Of a stretch of 64,000 nucleotides of DNA, positions 27,400-38,814 are shown piece by piece. The notes beneath the pieces were generated by a model, which saw nothing but the letters and a program-made list of their open reading frames with translations, made no database searches and was not told the origin of the DNA. Position numbers and translations under genes: made by a program. The stretch is taken from assembly GCA_964016885.1 (NCBI GenBank), contig OZ024742.1, forward strand, positions 239,444,001 to 239,508,000. The letters run 5' to 3'. The stretch comes from Eledone cirrhosa (lineage: Eukaryota). Position 1 is the first letter of the stretch, and the number at the start of each line of letters is the position of its first letter.

Positions 27400-30300
27400 A
27401 GAAATGCCATTAAAATGTAAACATAATGGTATTTTTTTTATGGAAATGCCATTAAAATGTCAGCATAATGATATTTTTGATGGAAATACCATTAAAATGT
27501 CGGCATAATGATCTTTTTTTATGGAAATACCATTAAAATGTCGGCATAACGATATTTTTGATAGAAATGCCATTAAAATGTCGGCATAATGAGATTTTTG
27601 ATAGAAATGCAATTAAAATGTCAACATCGTGAGATTTCTGATAGAAATGCCATTAAAATGTCAACACAAGGAGGTATTTGATAGAAATGCCATTAAAATG
27701 TCGGCATAATGATATTTTTGATAGAAATACCATTAAAATGTCGGCATAATGAGATTTTTGATAGAAATGCCAATGAAATGTCAACAACATGAGATTTTTT
27801 TATAGAAATTCCATTAAAATGTTGGCAAAATGATATTTTATGGAAATGCCATTAAAATGTCGGCATAATGATATTTTTGATCGAAATTCCATTAAAATGT
27901 CGGCATAATGAGATTTTTGATAGAAATTCAATTAAAATGTCAACATCATGAGATTTTTGATAGAAATGCCATTAAAATGTCAACATAATGAGATTGTTTA
28001 TAGAAATGCCATTAAAATGTCAACATAATGAGATTTCTGATAGAAATGCAATTAAAATGTCAACATCATGAGATTTCTGACAGAAATGCTATTAAAATGT
28101 CAACATCATGAGATTTCTTTTAGAAATTAAATGACTTTATAATAATATTTTTTGATAGAAATGCCATTAAAACGTCGGCAAGATGAGATTTTTGATAGAA
28201 ATGCCATTGAAATATCGACATAATGAGATTACTGATAGAAATGCACTTTAAATGTCAACATCAGGAGATTTTTGATAGAAATGCCATTAAAATGTCGGCA
28301 TAATGAGATTTCTGATAGAAATGCCATTAAAATATAGGCGTAATGAGATTTCTGATAGAAATGCCATAAAAATGTCAACATCATGAGATTTCTGATAGGA
28401 ATGCCATTGAAATATCAACATAAGGAGATTTTTGATAGAAATGCCATTAAAATATCAACACAGTGAGATTTCTTATAGAAATGCCATTAAAGTTTCATCA
28501 TAATGAGATTACTGATAGAAATGTCATTAAAATGTCAACACCATGAGAGTTCTGATAGGAATACCATTAAAATGTAAGTTTCGATTGAAATACCATTAAA
28601 ATATCGACAAATTGAGATTTTTGACAGGAATGCCATTAAAATATCGGAATAATGAGATATGTGATAACATATGCCATTAAAATGTCGGCATAATTAGATT
28701 TTTGATAGAACAGCCATTAAAATGTGAACATCATGAGATTATTGACAGAAATGCTATTGAAACGTCAACATCGTAAGATTTTTGATAGAAATGCAATTAA
28801 AAAGTAGGCTTAACGAGATTTCTGAAAGAAATGCCATTAAAATGTCAACACCAAGGGCGGTGCCCCAGCATGGCCTCAGCCGGATGGCTGAAACAGGTAA
28901 AAGAGTATCATGAGATTTCTGATAGAAATGCCATTGAAATGTAGGCTTAATGAGATTTCTGATAGAAATGCCATTAATATCTCGGCATAATGAGGTATTT
29001 GATAGAAATGCAATTAAAATGTCAACATAATGAGAATTCTGATTTAAAAATGCCATTAAAATGTCGGCGTAATGAGATTTCTGATAGAAATACCATTAAA
29101 ATGTCGACATAAAGAGATTTCTGATAGAAATACCATTAAAATGTCGGCGTAATGAGATTTCTGATAGAAATGCCATTAAAATATTGGCATAAAGAGATAT
29201 CTGATAAAAATGCCATTCAAATGTCGGCAAAATGAGATTTTTGATAGAAATGCCATCAAAATGTCAACATATGAGATTTTTGATATAAATGCCATTAGAA
29301 TCTCGGCATAATGAGATATTTGATAGAAATGTAATTAAAATGTCAACTTAATGAGAATTCTGATAAAAAATGCCATAAAAATATCAATATCATGATATTT
29401 CTGATAGAAATGCCATTAAAATGTCAACACCTTCAGATGTCTGATATAAATGCCATTAATATGTCAACATAATGAGATTTATTATAGAAATGCCATTAAA
29501 ACGTCGACAAGATGAGATTTTTGATAGAAATGCCATTGAAATATCGACAGAATGAGATTACTGATAGAAATATCATTAAAATGTCGACATAAAGATATTT
29601 CTGATAGAAATGCCATTAAAATGTCGGGTAATGAGATTCCTGATAGAAATGCCATTAAAATGTCGACATGATGAGGTGTCTGATAGAAATACCTTTAAAA
29701 TGACGAGATAAAGAGATTTTTGATAAAAATGCCATTGAAATGTCAACATAATGATATTTCTGCTAGAAATGCCATTAAAATTTCAACAACATGAGATTTC
29801 TGATAGAAATGCCATTAAATGTCAACACCATGAGAGTTCTGATAGAAATGCCATTAAAATGTGATTTTTGATTGAAATGCAATTAAAATGTCGACAAATT
29901 GAATTTTTTGACCGAAATGCCATTAAAATATCGGAATAAGGAGATATGTGATAACATATGCCATTAAAATGTCGGTATAATTAGATTTTTGATAGAACAG
30001 CCATTAAAAGGTGAACATCATGAGATTATTGACGGAAATGTCATTGAAACGTCAACATCATGAAATTTTTGATAGAAATACCATTAAAATGTAGGCTTAA
30101 CGAGATTTCTGATAGAATGCCATCAAAATGTAGGCTTAACGAGATTTCTGATAGAAATGCCTTTAAAATGTCGGCGTAATGAGATTTCTGATAGAAATGC
30201 CATTAAAATGTCGGCATAATGAGATTTCTGATAGAAATGCCATTAAAATGTCAACAACATGAGATTTCTGATAGAAATGACATTAAAGTTTCATCGTAAT

Positions 30301-30977
30301 TTGATTACTGATAGAAATGCAATTAAAATGTCACGATCATGAGATTTCTCATAAAAATACAATTAAAATGTCAACATATGAGATTTTTGATAAAAATTCC
30401 ATTAAAATGTCGACATGATGAGGTGTCTGATAGAAATGCCTTTAAAATGACGAGATAATGAGATTTTTGATAAAAATGCCATTGAAATGTCAACATAATG
30501 AGATTTCTGCTAAAAATGGGATTAAATGTCAACACCATGAGAGTTCTGATAGAAATACCATTAAAATGTGATTTTTTAAAAATTGAAATGCCATTAAAAT
30601 GTCGACAAATTGAGATTTTTGACAGAAATGCCATTAAAATATCGAAATAATGAGATATGTGATTACATAGAAAATCCATTAGAAAAGCCATTAAAATGTC
30701 AACATCATGATTTTATTGACAGAAATGCCCTTAAAATGTAAAGATCGTGAGATTTTTTATAGAAATGCCATTAAAATATGAACATCATGAGATTTCTGAT
30801 AGAAATGCCTTTAAAATTTCGACATTATGATATTTTTTAAAATAGAAATGCCATTTGAATGTGGGCATAATGAGATTTCTGAAAGATATGCCATTAAAAT
30901 GTGTAATAATGAGATTTGTTGTGATAAATGCCATTAAAATGTCAACATAATAAGATTTTTTGATAGAAATGCCATTA
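27400..30977. repeat. 40-bp satellite, about 90 copies, consensus GATAGAAATGCCATTAAAATGTCAACATAATGAGATTTCT
   Basis: Period of 40 visible; variant blocks recur (e.g. ~28654 and ~29941). Confidence 0.97.
28851..28907 (+). mobile_element. 57-bp SINE 3'-tail fragment inserted in one satellite unit
   Basis: GGCGGTGCCCCAGCATGGCC...CTGAAACAGGTAAAAGA interrupts GTCAACA|TCATGAG. Confidence 0.7.
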
Positions 30978-32405
30978 TATATATATTCACAATTACTATG
31001 GTATTTAAAGGACAATAACATTAAATACTCCATCCCTTGGAGAAAATTGACGTATGCTATCCCTTACCGGAACTCTGCAATCTCAGAATTTTGCCATCTT
31101 TGCAATGAGGAAATCCTTCACATAATCCCAAACTATGACAATTTAATCAACAAAAAGAATGAATTATTTAGTAGTTGTCATAAAATTGGTAAGACTTTCC
31201 AGGCAATGTACAGTTCCAAAAATAAGGACAAATAAGGCTTTGAATATATGTAAATTCTGCCTAATTGAAGCAATTTCTATCAATTATAGCAATGCTATAG
31301 ATATTTATATGTAATACCATAAACTCATTGAGAGTTTTGTTATTATATGAATTGATTAGGATAGCCCACTATTTAATTAGACATCAATTAAGATATATAC
31401 ATTAGATATGTTGAGGATCTTAAAAATCTTTGGACAAGAGTGAGGGTTTTCCCTCTAAGTTAAAATTTTTTTTTACATTGTAAAAGAGTTATCTTCTTCA
31501 TGTTTACATTGTCCGTAAATTTTATTAGCTTGCAAAAAAAAATATAGATTAATAAATAATAATTAATAGTTTAATAATGCATAGACTATCATTAAACTTA
31601 AACTATATATATTAGAATAATTAAGTATTGAAGTAAATATAAATATAACCCTTCATTTAGTGAAATAAAGTTTATGGAGAATAAATATAAATATAACCCT
31701 TCCTTAAGTGAAATAAAGTTTATGGAGAGTAAATATAACCATAGTTAGATTATAAAAAATAAATGAAAATTAAAAAAATAACGAAGTTTCACGTAAAGTA
31801 GAATTTTGAATTAATTTAGATGATAAATGAGCAAAATATATTATATATTGATGTGGATATATGCATTTTTAATATATCTTAATACATATTTAATAGTTAT
31901 TTAATAAGCATTAAATATATATTGTTTAATTGTTACATTATAATGCTAAATAGAATATCTTACCTTATAATAAAACATTGTCATAATCTAAAATGAGTTA
32001 AATTAAATTAAATTAATTTAAGCATATAAATTTGTAATGAACTTAAATATTTGATTACCGTAGAAATTAATCTATGCCTAATAATCTAGATATATTATAA
32101 ACTTATAATTAACTAAAGCGTAATCCAATACAAGCGGTATTCACTGATAAATAATATGAAAAATGTTTGAATTTTTGAATTTTTGTCTAGCAATGGGTTT
32201 TTGTATTCTCTCCTTTAATTTATCCTTTCCTCTTCCTTTTCTTCTTTTCTTTATTTCCCTTCTTCTTTTTTTTCTCCGCATCTTCCCATTTCTTCTTTTC
32301 TTTATTTCCCTTTCTTTCTCTCCGCATTTCCCTTTCAACTCCCCTTCTATATTTCTTTGTTACTTTATGTCCTCTTCTTCTCTAAGTTTATCATATTATT
32401 TGTGG

Positions 32406-32482
32406 TATATAAATGTTGAGGGTTGGTGAAATAACTTACTGCCACTACAGGAATTGAAGATTCAAGTACCTTAGCGGTATGT
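32406..32482 (+). promoter_or_regulatory. Putative pLTR core promoter: TATA box, Inr-like TTACTG 30 nt downstream, splice-donor-like GGTATGT
   Basis: Same motifs and same 30-nt TATA-Inr spacing on the minus strand of element C (24965, 24935, ~24896). Confidence 0.5.
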
Positions 32483-32500
32483 CGAATATCCAATCTCTTA

Positions 32501-32567
32501 TATATTTTATCTGATGAAAACGTACTGAAACACCATTGTACCTTTGAAATATGTATAATAAAATATA
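32501..32567 (+). ncRNA. Type I hammerhead ribozyme of element D
   Basis: TATATTTTAT-CTGATGA-AAACGTAC...GTACCTTT-GAAA-TATGTA-TA-ATAAAATATA; perfect 10-bp stem I. Confidence 0.75.
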
Positions 32568-32705
32568 CACTTTCGTTATGATAATATTTCTCATTTATTA
32601 ATATTTTGAATAATATGTTAGATACTCCAGATAAAATACTGTCGAGTGCTTCTAATCTATTGTAAAATTGAATTCATTGAATAATCAACGAACCATATAA
32701 ACTTT

Positions 32706-33640
32706 ATAAAGTTGTAGTTCCTGTCTGTTTGTTTGTTCACGAACTCCTCCTATGGTTTTGGAGATAGACTCCCATAACCATGTATATTCTGAAACTACAT
32801 TGCCCAGGGTACTTGGATAAGTATATTTCATTTTAATCAAAGAGTTCCAAGGGGGCACAAATCCTCGTTGAAAACTTTTTCCCTTCGATTTATATGAAAT
32901 TTAAACCATAGGTAAATGACAAGATATGATGCCTATTCACAAAATTTCAGCAAATTTCAATAATATTAAGACACCCTAATGGGGGTTAAACCCCCTCTAG
33001 TGAAAATTTTGGCCAATAAATGGAACAAGATGTGTTGTAACAAGATTGCATGAGAACTTGATTGAAGCAACCATTATATTTGAGGCTTACAAAAGTCAAG
33101 CTCTTCTCATTCCGAGGATTCCACTTATACCAAGTGATAGCGAGTTGCCTTTTACATTTAAGAGGCTGCAGTTCCCAGTGAGGCCATGCTTTGCCATGTG
33201 CATCAATAAGAGTCAAGGTCAAACTTTCAAAACTATTGGTATAGATCTGACAAACCCATGTTTCAGTCATGGCATGTTTTATGTGGTTGTTTCAAGGACT
33301 GGAACCCTACATTTTAGCCAATCAAAGAAAGACAAGAAATGTTGTTTACCCTGAAGTTCTTCATTAGGACAAAGTATGAAATGTATTTTCATGTATTTAT
33401 TATGTTAAAAAATAAATAATTAAACTTAGAATTTCTAATTTGAAAATAATGCTTTACACAAAAATGAAATGATCAAGTTTTGAATTGATATTTTGAAAAA
33501 AATTATTTACAAGGAACAAAATAAGAATAAGATTTAATATTGTAATTTTGATTTGATATATTACAAAAAATAATGTTTTCCAATTTAGGATCTCCATCCT
33601 CTGCACCAAATGCAAACAATGGGTACACAAGAGATGTAGT
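32706..33640 (+). mobile_element. Helitron remnant with PIF1-like helicase C-terminus (33046-33354)
   Basis: LIPRIPLIP...FKRLQFPVRPCFAMCINKSQGQT...FSHG..YVVVSR. GTCTGTTTGTTTGTT near the 5' end. Boundaries approximate. Confidence 0.8.
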
Positions 33641-34618
33641 GGGATCTCAGGAAGAATGTAGGATTCACATGTAGCAGCTGTGCTGGGGCAACAAGCAGCA
33701 AACAGCCACAGGAAACAAGCACCACCAAACTCTGGGAGGGCTCTGTAGAAACAGTAGACAGCTTCTGCTACCTAGGTGACCGAATTAGCAGCGGAGGTGG
33801 GTGTTCGGAAAGTACAATAACTAGGGTAAGAGCGGGATGGAAGAAGTTCAGGGAGCTACTGCCACTGCTAGCTGCAAAAGGCTTTTCCCTCAAAATGAAA
33901 GGCAGACTGTATGATGTGTGTATACAAACAGCAATGTTACATGGTAGTGAGACCTGGGTGCTGTCTGTAGAAGACTTGCGTAGATTAGAAAGAAACGAAG
34001 CCTGCATGCTCCGATGGATGTGTAATAGTAATATACGCAAACAGCAAAGCATAAACGAATTGAGAGAGAGACTGAGCATAAGACGAATCAAATGCTGTGT
34101 GCAGGAGAGGAGGTTGCATTGGTATGGACATATGATGCGTATGAAGGATGACAACTGCATAAAAAGGTGCAGAGCACTAGAAGTCGATAGAAGCCACGGA
34201 GTGGGGAGACCCAAGAAGACCTGGGATGAGGTGATAAAAGCCGACCTTACCCAATTACACCTCTCAAAGGCGATGACCCACGACCGTGACCTCTGGCGTC
34301 ACGTAGTAATACAGAAGCCCCCCCCCACGGGTACAAGCCGAAGCTGAAGCATATAGACAATATGCCCCCACACCCTCCCACTGCAAAGTGGTCATGGAGG
34401 TGCCACTGTAAAGTGGACATGTAGGCGCCACAGAATAAAAGCACCCAGCACTCACTGTAAATGAGGTTGGTGTTAGGAAAGGCATCCAGCTGTAGAAATC
34501 AAGTCAGAATCAGTTCCCGTATGAGCAAGACATGGTCAGCCAACTGGCTACTGCCCACAACAGGACAACCCGTCTAACCCATGCTAGCATGGAAGAACGG
34601 ACGTAAAACGGTGATGAT
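33640..34618 (+). mobile_element. RTE-clade LINE 3' fragment (ORF end 34347) followed by SINE-like sequence ending in (GAT)n
   Basis: VDSFCYLG, GWKKFREL, MLHGSETW, RLHWYGH, GRPKKTW. Downstream part is shared with the SINE at 40704-41044. Confidence 0.88.
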
Positions 34619-34674
34619 ATATATATATATATAGTTTTGCGAGGTTTTTGATGTGAAATCGTGTGTCGAAACAA

Positions 34675-35247
34675 ATATTGTTATACTTGGGGAGGGTCAT
34701 ATTTGTGTAATAATATTGCTAGAATTAATAACAGAACACACTCACTGTTTGGTTGGTTTTCGCTTCTGTGTCTTTTATATTGGTTAATTTAATTTATTCG
34801 GTCCTCAATGTTACCATTGCCTGACCAACGGTCAAAAATACAGATACAATATAAACACAAGCACATATATATAGTCTAACAAAGTTCTTTCGTTGCACAT
34901 CTGCAACATCGTCAGTGGTGCTATTATGTTTCCTCCCGTTGCATTGTATGCCTACGCCATCTTTATTTAGTCTAAATAAAGATGGCGTAGGCATACAATG
35001 CAACGGGAGGAAACATAATAGCACCACTGACGATGTTGCAGATGTGCAACGAAAGAACTTTGTTAGACTATATATATGTGCTTGTGTTTATATTGTATCT
35101 GTATTTTTGACAATGGTAACATTGAGGACCGAATAAATTAAATTAACCAATATAAAAGACACAGAAGCGAAAACCAACCAAACAGTGAGTGTGTTCTGTT
35201 ATTAATTCTAGCAATATTATTACACAAATATGACCCTCCCCAAGTAT

Positions 35248-35255
<8 letters not shown>
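34675..35255. repeat. Near-perfect 581-bp palindrome with a 1-nt centre (T34971)
   Basis: Arms 34675-34970 and 34972-35255 match apart from 12 extra nt in the left arm. Mirror ORFs 34794-35027(-) and 34915-35136(+) confirm this. Confidence 0.97.
35018..35071 (+). ncRNA. Degenerate hammerhead-like motif (mirror copy at 34871-34924, minus strand)
   Basis: CTGACGA-T-GTTGCA-GATG-TGCAAC-GAAA-GAACTT. Stems I and III are imperfect. Confidence 0.5.
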
Positions 35256-35314
<59 letters not shown>

Positions 35315-35615
35315 AATATAAATTAGCGAGAATCGTATTTCGGCTATTGGAAATTAGCGAAAAACAACTTCCGAGATGTGTGGCAAGCGCTCCATAGAAG
35401 CTAGTGGACTAGAGCTACAACATAAGTTAAAAGGCCAAACACACTGAGACGATGGTTAAACCATTATCCGCACAGCCATAGAAACGACCAAGTAATTCGG
35501 GTCAAACAAATAAAATATGATTGAAAATTATACCGGACTCCTGGAAGGTTGGTAAAATCCAGCATTTGGGTTTTTGCAACTCCTAAATCAAGTACTGTCT
35601 GCTTAGACAAATAAT

Positions 35616-35800
35616 TGTTTTTACTTTTGGCACAAGGCCAGCAATTACCCAGTACATTACTGGTACTTTATTTTATCGACCCCATAAGGATGAAAGGCAA
35701 AGTTAACCTCGACGGGATTTGAACACAGACCATAAAAGGACGTAACAATGCTAGAAAGCATGACGTCCAACCCTTTACCGATACTGCCAATTCGCCGCCC
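35616..35800 (-). mobile_element. Full-length tRNA-SINE with 16-bp TSD TGCTTAGACAAATAAT
   Basis: TSD at 35600-35615 and 35801-35816. Confidence 0.92.
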
Positions 35801-36069
35801 TGCTTAGACAAATAATGTTAAGCTTTTGGTAAGATGATCGAACAAGGAAGTCACTTTCTCAACAGGCTTTTAGTACAAGTGCCAAGCGAAGGACTGACCG
35901 TTATCAAAACCCACGTGGGGCTCGACAAGGGGGGAAACCCTTAGTTTTGGCGGATGAATTCAGTATGTGTGTTATTAATGCAAAATTGCAAAATATCACA
36001 AAACGAATTAAGTTCTCAACAGAATGGTTTTAAAATTAACAAAAGCTATTCATCAGTCAATAGAATTAA

Positions 36070-36164
<95 letters not shown>

Positions 36165-36204
36165 TAATATATATATTTATATATAATATATATATATAAT
36201 GTAC

Positions 36205-37481
36205 GTTTAAATTTGGTGGTTTGCCACTGGCTAGAATTGATCATTCTGCAATGTAAATCATGACACAATACGAGAAAAGCACTCGACATTATGCAACTCA
36301 TCCATCTTTGATGTTGAATCATGTTGGTGGTGTGTGAACAGAGTAAATGTATTATAAAGTAAAATGACTGGAGGTCATATATGTTGAATTTCCTTAATTT
36401 TTTATTTCTGCAAACACTATGCTCATTTCAGTCAGGTGGTTGCATAAGAATCCGGTGACATCTTCAGGTGTAAATTGCGTAATAGATGCATACCAATGGA
36501 ATGGTGGTAGACTTTAAGGAAACAAGCACAGAAAATATAAAGGAAAAAATGTGTGTTTATGTTTTTGACTCAGGGAGGAAGAGCCAGCATGTTGCCACAC
36601 TGCTCTCTACTCTCTGAGCGGAGTTACTTTCCTGTTAGTTTGCTAAGTGGGTAGGGGGATATACAGTTTGTCAGGTGAATCATTACTACCTCCCAATTCT
36701 AGCAGTCTTTGGACAGCAGACCAGAGAAGGAGGACGGGTGAAGAATATTGTGTTACAGATAATGATAAGCTGCTTGAGTCAAGCTAAGTTCTATACACTC
36801 ATGGAAGGTATACAACACATGGGGGAAGGGGGGACCCAGGACCATATCAAGTAGACAAAAATCTTGGTTAAAAACGTTTAGAAGCTAGAGTTAGGGTTAA
36901 TTTTATGGATAGAAAATTAAAACTGAGTGTTTAAAAATGTTTAAAGTATAATTAAACAAGTAGAGTCCGCACAGTTGGCCGATGAATTACCGTTTAGTTA
37001 AGCTAAGCTAATTTACTATCTGCTTTGGGTTCCACTTATAGTTCAATGTTAGAAGTAAGGTATGGCGGTTAACAACACCTAAATAAAGTGACGCTCCTCC
37101 CCCACACTCACAGTGGATATGTATTAATTCAGGGCTGGTCTGAGTTGTGAGGCAAGCCTGTTTTCACCAGACAAAATTCTACTGGAATGTTATCAATCCC
37201 AAAGTGGTAAAGGTCTCGCTTCAGTGAAAGAGGCCCCTGTCTCCATTACATCATAAAGTGCTGAACTGGATAAGGAGCAATTATTTGTTTAAATTTAGGG
37301 GTTTACCATTGGTTAGAATTGGTCATTCTGCAATGTTTGTCATCATGCATTATAAGAAAAGCATTCAACTTTATGCAACTCATCCATCTTTGATGTTGAA
37401 TCATGTTGGTGGTGTGTGAATGGAGTAAATGTATTATAAAGTGAAATGACAGGAGGTCAAATATGTTGAATTTCCTTAATT
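36205..37481. repeat. Diverged 195-bp direct repeat pair (36205-36399 and 37287-37481)
   Basis: Shared core ATGCAACTCATCCATCTTTGATGTTGAATCATGTTGGTGGTGTGTGAA. Confidence 0.85.
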
Positions 37482-37489
37482 AGTGACTG

Positions 37490-38790
37490 CTTGTGGTTTC
37501 CAAAGCACTAATGAGGACACAGCCTCAGAGGTGGCACGATGGCAGTGGCCAGCAAATCTTCCTTTCCTTTTAAGTACAATGACAGATATACGTAGGAGGC
37601 TGCTATATATTTCTTTCACATGTTGCCAGCTTATGTTCTGAATGTGTTGAAGTGTAGGTGCCATCAAGGCGCTTTTGTTGTTTGAATGAAAGCACCCATA
37701 TTTCACTTCCATATAGTAAAATTGGTTGAATTGTTACTTGGAAGAGTCTGATTTTGGTGTGGTTGGAAAGATTTGGGCACCAAATTCGATCCATCTTGTT
37801 GCACGCTGATCATGCTTAGGTCTCTCTGGTAGCAAAAGCCTTCCCAGAGTTTATAATAATAATAATAATGAAAATATTGTGTACAGTGCTCAGGTGCACT
37901 ACAACTCATCAAAAGTGTATGTATAGTACATAGGGTAATGTACAAACGTCAGGAAAATGAACAGTCAGTGCATGAGTCATGATATACACATGTGTGCATG
38001 TGTATGGAAGGGAACATCAGGTGTAGTTTTGGCGAATTTCGGGAAGCATGAGGGTTTTAAAGGATGCAGTGTCTCGGCAGCTAACAACTGACGCAGGCAG
38101 TTTATTCCATGCTTCAGCAACTCTAAGCGTGAAAAAATGTTTCCAAAAGTCATGGGAGCTGTGCTGTTTTCACTTAAAATCCTCGACTTGCTTGATATCA
38201 CTTCCATTGATTGCTTCGATGTTGTTGCCTATATGGTTTGATATGTACTCTCTTTTACCCTCATTGAGATGTAGGCCAACAAGGGCAGCTGCTTCCTGGA
38301 GAGATGTCAAAAGTCATTGTGCATTTTCTAGGAAATCTGCAAGAAGCGCAAAGTCATCCACAAAGTCAAGGTCAGTGAGATGTTTAAAGGGGTGCCTAGA
38401 GGTCATGCAGGGTTTGATGGTTATACCTTTGTTATGATTTTGTCAATTGAGAGTCGCAGGGCATAGTCTATGCAATGATAAAGAGGAATGGGCAAGAATG
38501 TCACCCTGCAGCACTCCTGCTGAGGTGTCAAAGAACTCTGTTGGACCATCAAGGGGTGATGATAGTGGCACTTGTGTTGAGATACAGAGCCTTAATTGCT
38601 TCCACAATTTTTGCTGGGATGCCATACAAGGGTAGAATTTCAAACAGAATGTCTGTTTATGCTGTCAAAAGTTTTTCTAAAGTCAACAAAAACTAGAACC
38701 ATTTGTCTATTGAAGTTTCTCATCTCTTCCATTACTCTTTTCAAGGCTAAAATCTGTGCATCCTTCACATCAACCAAAACGGTTTTAGGC
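37490..38790 (-). mobile_element. Degraded RTE-like LINE RT, interrupted by a CR1 3' end
   Basis: VFVDFRKTFDSI, GVLQGDILA, LDFVDDFALL, ILLYGSEIW, RFAGHCHR. Confidence 0.85.
37853..38172 (-). mobile_element. CR1-like LINE 3' end with (ATT)n tail, same family as 62920-63630
   Basis: HFFTLRVAEAWNKL; 3' UTR matches 63510-63620. Confidence 0.85.
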
Positions 38791-38814
38791 GTGGTAGATC
38801 TCCCTTCATACAAA

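Larger units (their letters stand above)
30986..32705 (+). mobile_element. Penelope-like element D, 5'-truncated (endonuclease C-terminus to 31235, then 3' region and pLTR)
   Basis: SQLLWYLKDNNIKYSIPW...CHLCNEE...LINKKNELF. 3' end resembles that of element C. Confidence 0.88.

Noticed and set aside
27400-30977. CRISPR-like repeat/spacer appearance
   Set aside because: The variable halves are homologous to each other rather than unique spacers; eukaryotic context and no cas genes.
34794-35136. Duplicated small protein genes on opposite strands
   Set aside because: By-product of the palindrome.
36020-36070. Further hammerhead (CTGATGA on the minus strand)
   Set aside because: No correctly placed GAAA or stem III found.
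36885-36900. Telomeric TTAGGG
   Set aside because: Single copy; expected by chance.
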